Shown: positions 49,525-61,167, numbered from the stretch's first letter. The stretch: DNA of 64,000 nucleotides from Aureliella sp. (GCA_963691875.1 OY829846.1:3648001-3712000), one strand, 5' to 3'. Translations and numbers: made by a program. The notes: generated by a model from the sequence alone, not told the origin.

Positions 49525-49884
49525 TCACTCTGGCATTTCTTGCGGTAGATGCCGCACGCTGACGGCACCCTTGATGTTGCGCCTGTTCTTCCGATCTGAC
49601 TTCTGGCTAAGCGTATACGCCGCGCGCTCGGCAACCCGGTTGATCAGCGCTCCTACGTTTTCGTCTTCGTCCTGAATGACAATCGGCGGCATGCGTTTGA
49701 GATTCAGCACGCAGCGGCACTGCTTATCAACTCCCCCACGCGGACCGTTGATATCTTCGAAGTACACCTGAACATTCTTCAGAAGATGATTAAACCGCTC
49801 CAAAGCTCCGAGCACGACTTCCTCGAAAGCATGGCTACCAAAGTCAGAACGGCTACCTCCACTGAAACGAACTGCGATTTGCAT
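49525..49884 (-). CDS. HPF/RaiA-fold (ribosome-associated inhibitor-like) protein
   Basis: AL.RF...L..V.V...DINGPRGGVDKQC, the signature of the HPF-like subfamily found next to nhaR-like regulators. AGGAG RBS upstream. Confidence 0.78.
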   Translation of the reverse strand: MQIAVRFSGGSRSDFGSHAFEEVVLGALERFNHLLKNVQVYFEDINGPRGGVDKQCRCVLNLKRMPPIVIQDEDENVGALINRVAERAAYTLSQKSDRKNRRNIKGAVSVRHLPQEMPE

Positions 49885-49949
49885 TACCGATTCTCCTGAG
49901 CTGTACGAATCAAGTTTTTAGACTCGGAGAGCTGCTCTCTCCACTTAAC

Positions 49950-50020
49950 TATACGTTTTTTGTGCGATTAAAATGCGCTAAAACAATAGCTTCAATTGCT
50001 TAGAAAAATTTAACAGTTGA
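49950..50020. promoter_or_regulatory. AT-rich divergent promoter region with a candidate LysR T-N11-A box
   Basis: TTAGAAAAATTTAA (50000-50013) is a T-N11-A element with TTA/TAA dyad ends, lying between the divergent LysR and HPF-like genes. Confidence 0.4.
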
Positions 50021-50027
50021 GATTTCA

Positions 50028-50912
50028 GTGGACTGGCTAAATTACCACCATTTATTGAACTTCTGGTTGGTTGCTAAAGAAGGAAGCGTCCAACAGGCGA
50101 GTGAAATTCTTCATGTCACTCCCGCCAGCGTGAGCCTCCAAGTGAAGCAGCTTGAGAAATCTCTCGGAGTCAAGCTTTTGCAGAAAAAAGGTCGCGGGCT
50201 CGAGTTGACCGAGATGGGGCGCGAAGTTTCTGGGTATGCCGACGAGATCTTTGCGACGGGACGCGAACTGATCGAGCATATCAAGCAAAAGCCACAGGGA
50301 AGACCGCAAGAGCTACGCGTTGGAATTCGCGATGAAATGCCAAAACTAGTTGCTTACAGGCTTCTTCAACCTGCCCTCGAAATGAAAGAGCCAGTACGCC
50401 TGGTTTGCCATGAGGCGGATATGCGAGAACTTGTCGCTGACCTAGCAATTCACAAACTTGACGTCATCTTAACCGATGCCGCTCTCGACCCACTCTACAA
50501 GATCCAGGCGTTCTCGCATCGGCTTGGAGAATCCGGAGTCGTCATCATGGGCACCAAGGAACTGGCACGAAAGTATCGTAAAGGTTTTCCGAGCTCGCTC
50601 GATGGTGCACCCTTCCTCTTGCCGATGACCACAAGTGTTCTTCGGCGTGCGATGGAGCAATGGTTCCACGACCTGCAGATATCGCCCGTGATCATGGGAG
50701 AATTTGCAGACAGTGCGATGATCAATATTTTTGGGCGGCAGGGACTTGGACTTTGCGCAGTACCAATAAGCATCCAAGAAGACATGTCCGAGATCTATGG
50801 GTTGCGCAAAGTCGGCGTAGTCGAAGGCGTGAAAGAACGTTCTTTCGCGGTTTCCGTTGAACGAAAACTCAAGCACCCGGCAGTCATTGCCATTCGGGAA
50901 AACGCCCGTTAG
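50028..50912 (+). CDS. nhaR: LysR-family transcriptional activator, NhaR-like
   Basis: WLNYHHL..FW.VAKEGS...A...LH.TP, LELTE.G, YADEIF..G.EL, MPKLVAYRLL.P and ERKLKHPAV. Confidence 0.85.
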   Translation: MDWLNYHHLLNFWLVAKEGSVQQASEILHVTPASVSLQVKQLEKSLGVKLLQKKGRGLELTEMGREVSGYADEIFATGRELIEHIKQKPQGRPQELRVGIRDEMPKLVAYRLLQPALEMKEPVRLVCHEADMRELVADLAIHKLDVILTDAALDPLYKIQAFSHRLGESGVVIMGTKELARKYRKGFPSSLDGAPFLLPMTTSVLRRAMEQWFHDLQISPVIMGEFADSAMINIFGRQGLGLCAVPISIQEDMSEIYGLRKVGVVEGVKERSFAVSVERKLKHPAVIAIRENAR

Positions 50913-51299
50913 AGCAGAAGCACCCGATTTCTGGCCCTGCTCGATCATCCTGAAAAGCCTGTCTCAGACCAACCGGAGCTCATCAATATCCCGGCTAGCT
51001 CCACGACTATCAGACCAGTGAACAACATTTCCAAATAGCTATGGGGCGCGTTGCCGATAGCCTCTTTCTGCGTCGGCTTCGGGCTCCTTCATTTACTGGC
51101 AGATTCGTTTGCTGCGACGCTCGGCACAGCCTATCGAAGATATGACTGTGAACCGAGAGATTGCAAGCTGAAAGAAACAGCTTGAGTTGAGTAGAAGTAT
51201 CCAAGTCCGCCTGACTAAGAAACTTCATTCGGCTGCCGTGATTAGTCAGCGCAGTCCTCTATTGCTCTTGCCATCAACTTGGCAGAAATGGACGTTCGA

Positions 51300-52051
51300 G
51301 GTGCGGCAGACTGTTCCGGCTCGTGAGCTCGCTCATGTGCAGCGTCGAGAATTTCTTTCGACGGCAATAAGACAACTCGCGGTCGCAATCAACTTCTCCC
51401 ACCAGCTGGCTGTGGTCATGCCGGCCATCAGCGATTCTGCTACCGTCGAAATGCGAACGTAATCAGTGAACAACATGAAGCAGATTGCAATTACCCTGGT
51501 GAATTACGAAAGTGTTGGCCTCCACTTTCCTCCCGCCGTCGTGATTGACAAAGAGTCGGCTGAGAAACGCAGCTGGCCTGTCAAGATTCTACCATACCTC
51601 GAACAGGTAGAGCTCTATAATGCAAACCACAAGAATGAACCCTGGGGCAGTCCGGCAAATCTGAAGCTGTTGGCTCAGATGCCAGAAGTGTTTACCGTTC
51701 CTGGCTCTCGAAACACCCAGGAGACGCCATACCAAGCAATTGTGTCGGAGGATGGTGCTTTGACGCCACACGCAGAGGGATAAGCTTCTAAGATCGCCCA
51801 GATCACGCCGGAACATTCAACACCATTTTTGTCGTAGAGACAAAGCCGTTGGTTCCGGGGACGAAACCGGCGAACCTAGATGCGGACGCCCAGATACCCA
51901 AGCTTGGAACGGCCCGAGATTCTGACCCTGAATACTGGCGGCCTTTGTGGACGGAGCTGTTCGTTTCATTTCGGATAACATCGATCCGCAAGTTTGGAAA
52001 GCAATGATCACTCGCAGTGGTGCTGAGTTAGCTCCTGCCACTCCTAGGTGA
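51300..52051 (+). pseudogene. DUF1559 domain gene remnant
   Basis: Reads VMPAI...MRT*SVNNMKQIA..L.NYES...FPP...SW.V.ILPYLEQ.ELY, then frameshifted NTI.VVE...VP.TKP and AFVDGAVRFISDNID...WKAMITR.G.E, ending TGA 52049-52051. Confidence 0.8.
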
Positions 52052-52218
52052 TGCGTCTCTATCTGCACTGAGATTTGCCAGAATTCCCTCGCCGTTCTCA
52101 CCCCCCTTGGTTTGCCCGTCGGATCACCGCGCGCAACTTTTGGACGAGAGGTTTTTCTGACCCATACACGCATCGAAAAAGAAGCCGACTAAAGTCTGCA
52201 CTCCAGCATTTCTAATCG

Positions 52219-54324
52219 TTATCGAGTGGCTCTCTTCGCAGGCTTTCTGGCTTTAGTCGGCTTCTTCTTCGATGCGGCAAAGCGATTGGCAGAGACAATC
52301 TCCTTGCGGGCACCTTGAATGGACTTCATGCGGTTGGGATTGTCTGCCTTGCCGGTCATCTCGTAGAGAAAGCGACTGACGAACGTTGGGCGTGGCTTTC
52401 CCCATTTCTTGCGTTCTAGCGGCAGGGACAGAGTGAGTTCGTCTTCTGCCCGGGTCACGCCAACGTAGCAGAGCCGTCGTTCTTCCTCGACGTCATCTGC
52501 ATTATCTGCAATCGACCGGCGGTGCGGTAGAACACCTTCCTCCATCCCGACCATATAGACGATCGGAAACTCGAGTCCTTTCGCACTGTGGTAGGTCATC
52601 AGCGAAACGGCGTTGTAGCCATCCTTCTGCTTGGAATCGTTACCAAACTCTTTGCCCGCGAGAGCGATCTCATCAAGAAAGCCGGAGAGTTTTGGGTTCT
52701 TTCGAGGCTGAGTGTAGTCCGCCAAGGTATTCACGAACTCCTCGATCGAAGCCTTGCGAGCATCCGCTTCTTCGGGATCCGGGTACATGCGGTTGATCAC
52801 ATTGAAATAATCGAGCTTCGCAATCAAGTTCCTCACGCCTTGCACCAAATCGGGCCTCCAGTCTTTCTCACGATCCACATGCTCGGCTACCATAGCCTGA
52901 CGCATACTGTCGATCACCTTTGACAAGCGATCGACGCCAGCTTGTGTATTGGTCGGAAGCTTGGAGAGCGTTTCGGGCTCGAGCATGACTTCCCAAATCA
53001 TCCTGCCTTGGCTGACAGCAGTATTCATCAGCGTCTCCACTGACTTAGCTCCAATGCCGCGTTGCGGGAAGTTAATGATTCGAAGCAGCGAGACTTCGTC
53101 CTTTGGGTTGTCGATGACTTTCAGGTAAGACAGCAGGTCCTTCACTTCGCGGCGATCAAAGAACGACTGCGTGCCTACCAGCGAATAGGGTATCTTGAGC
53201 TTCCTTAACGCCTGCTCAAATACACGTGGTTGCTCGTTGGTTCGAAAAAGAATCGCAAAATCACCGAACTCGCGCTTTTGCCGCTTCATCGTGCGAATTA
53301 TTTCTTCGCTGACCTTTTCTGCTTCGTCGTTCTCGTTCTTGAATTGCAAGATACGAGGCTGCATGCCCCCCATGCGAGCTGGACGAAGTACTTTGTCATG
53401 ACGCGTTTTGTTGTGAGCGATCAACTCGTTGGCCATGTGCAGGATCGCGGACGTGCTCCGGTAGTTAGCTTCCAGACGCACCGTCTTTGAATCGGGCCAG
53501 TCCTTACCAAAGTTCAGAATGTGCTGGACCTCGGCCCCACGCCATCCATAAATCGACTGATCATCGTCACCCACGACGCAGATGTTGCGATGCTTGCCGG
53601 CCAACTGCTTAATGATCTGGTACTGCGATTGATTCGTGTCCTGATACTCGTCGACGAGCACGTGATCGTAGAGTCCAGCTTCCTGCTCCCGAACTTCGCT
53701 GTTCGTGCTGAGCAATTCTTCGGTTAGCAGCAACAGGTCATCAAAGTCCATTGCTCCAGCCAGCTTGACCGCCTCTTGGTAGCGAGCAAATGCCGCTGCC
53801 GCTACATGCTCAGCGTCAGTACGAGCCTGTGAGGGCGCCTGATTCGGACGAATGCCAGCATTCTTCCAACGGCTGATATGGCTGAGCAGATCTCCCGGCT
53901 TGAGCATCCCGGAATGCACGTGAAGTTGCCGAAGCACATCACGAGCTACGGACTCCTGGTCGCCACGGTCGTAGATCGCAAATTTGTTGGGGTAACCCAA
54001 AACCTTGGCGTGGCGTCTCAGGATCTTGACGCAATTCGAGTGAAAAGTACCGATGACTGGCTTATTCGGTTCGTCCTCGTCCTTGCCCCATTTCGGCTTC
54101 TGGGGCCGGCCAAGCTGAGCGCTGACGCGCTGCTGCATCTCCTTGGCCGCCTTGTTGGTAAAGGTCACGGCCAGGATGCGGTTTGGGCGAATTCCGTGTT
54201 TGATCAAGTTCGCAATGCGAAAAGTGACCACTCGCGTCTTCCCTGAACCGGCTCCTGCCAGGACAAGGAGAGGCCCAGAGAGGGTCTTTACAGCTTCGTT
54301 TTGCTCAGGGTTCAATCCGTTCAT
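52219..54324 (-). CDS. UvrD/PcrA/Rep-family ATP-dependent DNA helicase
   Basis: LAGAGSGKT, VTFTNKAA, GTFHS, VDEYQDTN, VGDDDQSIYGWRGA, NYRS, HSAKGLEF and EERRLCYVGVTRA. Confidence 0.95.
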   Translation of the reverse strand: MNGLNPEQNEAVKTLSGPLLVLAGAGSGKTRVVTFRIANLIKHGIRPNRILAVTFTNKAAKEMQQRVSAQLGRPQKPKWGKDEDEPNKPVIGTFHSNCVKILRRHAKVLGYPNKFAIYDRGDQESVARDVLRQLHVHSGMLKPGDLLSHISRWKNAGIRPNQAPSQARTDAEHVAAAAFARYQEAVKLAGAMDFDDLLLLTEELLSTNSEVREQEAGLYDHVLVDEYQDTNQSQYQIIKQLAGKHRNICVVGDDDQSIYGWRGAEVQHILNFGKDWPDSKTVRLEANYRSTSAILHMANELIAHNKTRHDKVLRPARMGGMQPRILQFKNENDEAEKVSEEIIRTMKRQKREFGDFAILFRTNEQPRVFEQALRKLKIPYSLVGTQSFFDRREVKDLLSYLKVIDNPKDEVSLLRIINFPQRGIGAKSVETLMNTAVSQGRMIWEVMLEPETLSKLPTNTQAGVDRLSKVIDSMRQAMVAEHVDREKDWRPDLVQGVRNLIAKLDYFNVINRMYPDPEEADARKASIEEFVNTLADYTQPRKNPKLSGFLDEIALAGKEFGNDSKQKDGYNAVSLMTYHSAKGLEFPIVYMVGMEEGVLPHRRSIADNADDVEEERRLCYVGVTRAEDELTLSLPLERKKWGKPRPTFVSRFLYEMTGKADNPNRMKSIQGARKEIVSANRFAASKKKPTKARKPAKRATR

Positions 54325-54604
54325 GCTGGAATGTTACTGTCCCGGTCGAATTCAGTCAGGTCCCCTGTCCAGGTAAGCCGATGAAAGCTCGGTCGGATCG
54401 GCAGAGCAGGGCGAATAGTCATTGGAACACATGGATTTCCACCTAGATTTGGTGTTGCGAATCTGGCCCTAGCCCCTAGAATCTGCATTCCGATCTAGCC
54501 AGAATACCAGCCATTTGGGCTGTAAACACACGCTAGCTAAAGACTCTTGAGCCCTCCAGAGCTGGCCGGATCCACCTGAATTGATGTAATTAGAGACAGT
54601 TGCC

Positions 54605-54757
54605 ATGAAAGTTGTATCATCCATCGGAGCCTTAAAGTTCCGACATCCAGACTGCCAAGTCGTCCGTCGGCGCGGTCGAATCTATGTTATCTGTAAGAGC
54701 AACCCGCGATACAAAGTTCGCCAGGGTGGAGCGAAGAACAAAAAGAAGAAGCGTTAG
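54605..54757 (+). CDS. rpmJ: 50S ribosomal protein L36 (type B / YkgO-like), 50 aa, absent from the supplied ORF track
   Basis: Manual translation gives [50 protein letters not shown]. Confidence 0.93.
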   Translation: MKVVSSIGALKFRHPDCQVVRRRGRIYVICKSNPRYKVRQGGAKNKKKKR

Positions 54758-54844
54758 GAACGCCTATTAGGGAAAGCGAGTTTTCGCTGTTTGGGACTTT
54801 TTTTTTCAAATCGAGGAACTGTCCAACCTCAAACGAATCTCAAG

Positions 54845-54875
54845 AAACCCGAGTCGATACGACTCGGGTTTTTTC
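54845..54875 (+). terminator. Intrinsic terminator downstream of rpmJ
   Basis: Perfect hairpin AAACCCGAGTCG-ATA-CGACTCGGGTTT with a T-tract. Confidence 0.85.
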
Positions 54876-55175
54876 GTTGGAATTTTGCCTGCGTAATTCT
54901 GCTAGGACTGACACTTGGTTGGGCACCAGCAGGAGTTGTCGCAAGGTGCGGTTGCGACGCCTCACTTGACTTACACGTAGTACAAGCGTTGCATCCGAGC
55001 AAGCATTTCCAGAAGGGCAGATTTGTTGGCTTAATCTCCATGCATCGGAGATAATTGATTGACCAGCGCGGATTACACTCCAGCCTTCAGCAATCGTCTT
55101 AAGCCAATTTACATTTCATGCGGGTTGTGAGGATTGAGCTCACTTTTCGCTTATTAAGGGCAAAGGATTTAATCA

Positions 55176-57032
<1,857 letters not shown>

Positions 57033-57073
57033 GGTGCACCTAACAACTTGAATTATCTCCCGGAGACCCCCGA

Positions 57074-57286
57074 ATGAATACCCAAATCGGTCTTAGCTAC
57101 GACGCCCGCAAAGCCCTTTCCGTACAGGTCGGTGAAGAAGCTGGTACTGAAATCGCGAATCTGATCCAACGCATGGCGGCTCAGATCGAAGAGCTAAAAC
57201 GTAGCAAAGTCAACGTCACACCTGTCGTTCCAGGTGCAAAGAAAGATGACCACCTGAGCTCGACGCTTGAGAGCGAAACCTTCTAG
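57074..57286 (+). CDS. Small hypothetical protein (short coiled coil), probably co-transcribed with glmS
   Basis: GGAG RBS upstream; a 70-aa ORF lying between glmS and a strong terminator. Confidence 0.6.
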   Translation: MNTQIGLSYDARKALSVQVGEEAGTEIANLIQRMAAQIEELKRSKVNVTPVVPGAKKDDHLSSTLESETF

Positions 57287-57316
57287 GCGTCTCTCTTCCA
57301 GATCAAACAGCCAAAC

Positions 57317-57348
57317 GACGCTCCGGTTTTCCGGAGCGTTTTTTTGTT
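57317..57348 (+). terminator. Intrinsic terminator
   Basis: ACGCTCCGG-TTTT-CCGGAGCGT followed by TTTTTT. Confidence 0.85.
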
Positions 57349-57469
57349 TCCGTTGTGGAATAGACAGAATTCCCTCTTTCACGCCTGCAGGATTTCTGGC
57401 GAAATCCGCTACGTCTGATCGGATATACTGAAAGCTCATTCTTTGCAGTTTAATTTTTTTTGAATTCCT

Positions 57470-59830
57470 ATGTCAGTGCGATCCCTCCTTGCCTGCGTGA
57501 AACTAGCAACTGCATTGATACTTGCATCGCTACTGCAAAGCTATACCATTGCATCGGAAAGATTACAGCTCTTCCTGGCGGACCATTGCATCGATTGCCA
57601 CGGCGAAGAAAAATCTGAATCTGGCCTCGATCTTTCGGACGTCGACTGGCAGTTGCCTGACTCAAGCGCCGAGAAACTCGAACAAGCGCTCCGCAAAATA
57701 CGTGGTTACCAAATGCCACCAGAAGAATACGGGGCTCTCCATGATGAGCTGCACACCGAAGTCGTTTCCAAACTGGAAAGCCTTCTGAATGAAAGAGCCA
57801 AGACCCAACCTCACGTAGGTCAAACTCCTAGACTACGCCGGCTGACCCGCACCGAATACCAAAATGCTATTCGCGATCTGCTTGGTGTGCAGATCAACGC
57901 CGAGCAGCTCTTGCCAAAGGATGAGGAGAGCCACGGATTTGACAACACGCTCGTGAACGATCTTACGCCGACGCGAATGGACCGCTATATCGCAGCGGCT
58001 GAAAAGATCGCTCGAGTAGCAGTCGGTAAAACAGGGCGAGGCGTCGACGGGAAGACGATTCGGATTCGCCCCGATATCACGCAAGAAGATCGCATGCCGG
58101 GACTGCCCATCGGCACGCGTGGAGGAGCTAAGTTTAGTTTCGATTTCCCGCAAGGCGGAATGTACGAGTTCCAACTTCGCTTGGCTCGTGACCGCAATGA
58201 ACATGTCGAAGGTATGAATCGGAAGCATGAAATCCAGATTCTGATCGACCGAGATCTAAGGAAGTCCTTCACGGTTGACCGACCGCGTGACCAAGATCAT
58301 TCAGAAATCGACAAACACTTGCAGGCTAGAATTGGGCTGCAAGCTGGTACGCACGAAGTCGTCGTGACTTTCGTGAAGGACTCTGATTCGCTGATGGAGA
58401 CCATGCGTCAGCCGCTGGAATCCAAGTTCAACTTCCACCGACACCCAAGGCAGACGCCCGCGTTGTATGAAGTGACCATTCTTGGCCCCTTTGGAGAAAG
58501 GACCATAAGCGACGTGGTGGTCCCTGCGTACTCGCCGCTTCATAGCTACTGGCCAACAACTCCTGACGCGGAAGCTCAAGCAGCAAAGAACATTCTATCA
58601 CACCTGACCCGTCAAGCATTTCGACGGGCCGTCAATAAAGAGGACTTGGAGCGACCTTCAGCGTTCTACACAGAAACGCGAGAGAACGGTGCTGACTTTC
58701 GTTCAGGCATAGAAGCTGCGATCACTTCTATTCTGGTCAGTCCCAAATTCTTGCTTCGCGTTGAATACAAAGCTTCCGGCAAGCGACAAGAAGCCCCAAA
58801 GCGTGAGCTCGAGCCGCTCACCGGCTATGAGCTAGCATCGCGATTATCATTCTTTCTCTGGGCGAGTATCCCCGATGAATTCTTGCTGGATACCGCTGAG
58901 CAAAACCAGCTTCGCAATCCCGGTGCACTTCGCCGGGAAGTTGAGTACATGCTGGCAGACCCAAGAGCCGACAATCTTGTGACCAACTTCATGGCGCAAT
59001 GGCTGTACTTGCGCAACCTAGAATCTTTCACCCCGGAAGGGCGACTATTTCCGGACTTTGATGACAACTTGCGGCAAGCCTTCCGCCAAGAAACGGAACA
59101 CCACTTTCGCGAGATCATACTTGAAAACCGGAGTGTGCTAGAACTGATTGATTCAAACCACACTTATCTCAATGAGCGACTCGCAAAGCACTACGGAATT
59201 CCTCATGTTTATGGCTCACATTTCAGACGCGTTGATCTACCGGAAGGTAGCAAACGCGGCGGTCTGCTACGTCAAGCCAGCATCCTCGCGGTGACTTCCT
59301 ACGCTCACCGAACATCGCCAGTCCTACGCGGCAATTGGATACTGGAGAACCTGCTTGGCAACCCCGCGCCTCCACCTCCCGCGGATGTTCCGACGCTAGA
59401 GGAGAATACGGTGGCGGCTGGCTTGCCTATTCGCGAGAGGCTAGCCGAGCATCGCAATAATGACGCTTGCGTAAGTTGTCATCGGCTGATCGATCCAGTT
59501 GGGTTCAGCCTTGAGAATTTCGATGCCATTGGGCGTTGGCGTGAACGGGAAGCAGGAAAGGAGATCGACGCGGCAGGAAGTCTGCCTGGCCAACCTAATT
59601 TCACCGGTGTGGACGGCCTGGAACAGGCGATCTTGAAGGAGCCTGATGCCTTTGTACACACTCTGACCGAGAAGCTGATGACCTTTGCCTTGGGCCGGGG
59701 TGTTGAACCGCTCGATGGACCAGCAATCCGCGAGATTGTGCGCAAGGCCAAGAGAGATAACTATCGCTTCCGTACGATCGTTCAAGGTATAGTGGAAAGC
59801 CCCGCCTTTCTGCACAGGAGTTTTGAGTGA
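57470..59830 (+). CDS. Planctomycete PSD-domain cytochrome c protein (DUF1587/1595/1592/1588/1585)
   Basis: Signal peptide, CIDCH...MPP, RRLTRTEY.N.IRDLLG, AFRR, ELASRLSFFLWAS.PD, TSPVLRG.WILE.LLG..PPPPP, CVSCH..IDP.GF.LENFDAIGRWR and KLMTFALGRG. Confidence 0.92.
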   Translation: MSVRSLLACVKLATALILASLLQSYTIASERLQLFLADHCIDCHGEEKSESGLDLSDVDWQLPDSSAEKLEQALRKIRGYQMPPEEYGALHDELHTEVVSKLESLLNERAKTQPHVGQTPRLRRLTRTEYQNAIRDLLGVQINAEQLLPKDEESHGFDNTLVNDLTPTRMDRYIAAAEKIARVAVGKTGRGVDGKTIRIRPDITQEDRMPGLPIGTRGGAKFSFDFPQGGMYEFQLRLARDRNEHVEGMNRKHEIQILIDRDLRKSFTVDRPRDQDHSEIDKHLQARIGLQAGTHEVVVTFVKDSDSLMETMRQPLESKFNFHRHPRQTPALYEVTILGPFGERTISDVVVPAYSPLHSYWPTTPDAEAQAAKNILSHLTRQAFRRAVNKEDLERPSAFYTETRENGADFRSGIEAAITSILVSPKFLLRVEYKASGKRQEAPKRELEPLTGYELASRLSFFLWASIPDEFLLDTAEQNQLRNPGALRREVEYMLADPRADNLVTNFMAQWLYLRNLESFTPEGRLFPDFDDNLRQAFRQETEHHFREIILENRSVLELIDSNHTYLNERLAKHYGIPHVYGSHFRRVDLPEGSKRGGLLRQASILAVTSYAHRTSPVLRGNWILENLLGNPAPPPPADVPTLEENTVAAGLPIRERLAEHRNNDACVSCHRLIDPVGFSLENFDAIGRWREREAGKEIDAAGSLPGQPNFTGVDGLEQAILKEPDAFVHTLTEKLMTFALGRGVEPLDGPAIREIVRKAKRDNYRFRTIVQGIVESPAFLHRSFE

Positions 59831-61167
59831 TGTTTCTGACGAAGAAGTCGCTCCCGCGTCGCACGCTACTTCGCGGCGTTGGTGCTTCACTGGCTCTGCC
59901 ACTACTCGACGCAATGATTCCTTCGGGAACCGCGCAGGCTGCGACCGTTGCCTCCGACGCCAGCTTGCGACGCCTTGGCTACGTTTACATGCCAATGGGC
60001 TGTGATGACACCCGTTGGATGCTGTCTGGTGAGACACTAGATGAGCTTTCACCAACACTCCAGCCACTTGCACCGGTGCGAGATAATGTTTGCGTCATCA
60101 GTGGACTCGAGCTGCGAAATGCCTACCCTGGAACCCACGCTACAAGCAACGCTGCATTCCTCAGTGCGGCAACCGCGAAACGCACTGAAAGCACGGACTA
60201 TTACCTCGGGACAACTGCCGACCAAATCGCGGCTCGGCAACTTGGCCTTCGTACCCAGTTACCCTCACTGGAAATGGCGATGGACTTGCTGTCCATCGTT
60301 GGCCAATGCGACAACGGTTATGCCTGCGTTTATCAAAACAACTTGTCCTGGTCTTCGCCCACCACGCCACTCCCGGCCGAAGCGCATCCGCGACTGGTAT
60401 TCGAAACACTTTTCGGCGAAGGTGGCACCACGAAAGAACGCCAAGAACAGCTAGCGAGACGCAAGAGTTTGCTCGACTCGGTAGCGGCCGATTTGGCTCA
60501 GTTGAATCGGCAACTTGGTACGGGTGACCGCAACAAGATTCAAGATTACTTGGACAGCGCGCGTGAAGTCGAGCGACGTATTGAGCAAGCGGAACGACAA
60601 ACGAAGGAAAGTCCGTTGCCCGATCTCGATCGCCCTGAAGGCGTGCCGGCGGATTATGGTGATCACGCCAAGTTGATGTTTGACTTGCAAGTCTTGGCTC
60701 TGCAAGGCGACGTAACCCGAGTCATCACTTTCCAGCTAGCCCGCGAGACAAGCAATCGCACTTACCCGCAGATCGGTGTCAGCGAACCGCATCATCCGCT
60801 AACGCACCACGGCAACAATCCGGAAAAGATTGCGAAGGTGGCGAAGATCAACCAATATCACGTTTCGCTTTTCTCATACTTCCTGAAACGACTGAAAGAA
60901 ACGCGTGAAGCTGGAGGCAGTCTCTTAGACCACTCGCTTTATCTTTACGGCAGCGGAATGGGTAATCCTAATGTACACGATCACCAAAACTTGCCGATCA
61001 TCGTCGCCGGGGGCGCTGCAGGCAAAATGCGCGGTGGACGACATATTCAGTTGGACAAACCAGAGCCTCTAGCGAACCTACATTTAACTTTGCTGAACAA
61101 AGTCGGCGTCAACGTGGATGCGTTTGCCGATAGTACAGGACACGTTCATGGCTTGTTCGATATCTGA
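59830..61167 (+). CDS. DUF1552 domain protein, Tat-exported
   Basis: Tat signal LPRRTLLRGVGASLALPLLDAM, CDNGYAC.Y, D.TRV.TF, HHPLTHH, SLLD.S and HDHQNLP. Overlaps the upstream stop (GTGATG). Confidence 0.92.
   Translation: MFLTKKSLPRRTLLRGVGASLALPLLDAMIPSGTAQAATVASDASLRRLGYVYMPMGCDDTRWMLSGETLDELSPTLQPLAPVRDNVCVISGLELRNAYPGTHATSNAAFLSAATAKRTESTDYYLGTTADQIAARQLGLRTQLPSLEMAMDLLSIVGQCDNGYACVYQNNLSWSSPTTPLPAEAHPRLVFETLFGEGGTTKERQEQLARRKSLLDSVAADLAQLNRQLGTGDRNKIQDYLDSAREVERRIEQAERQTKESPLPDLDRPEGVPADYGDHAKLMFDLQVLALQGDVTRVITFQLARETSNRTYPQIGVSEPHHPLTHHGNNPEKIAKVAKINQYHVSLFSYFLKRLKETREAGGSLLDHSLYLYGSGMGNPNVHDHQNLPIIVAGGAAGKMRGGRHIQLDKPEPLANLHLTLLNKVGVNVDAFADSTGHVHGLFDI

Noticed and set aside
54880..55175. 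Possible glmS ribozyme in the long glmS leader
   Set aside because: I could not find the conserved AGCGCC...GACGAGG core. An Rfam RF00234 scan would settle it.
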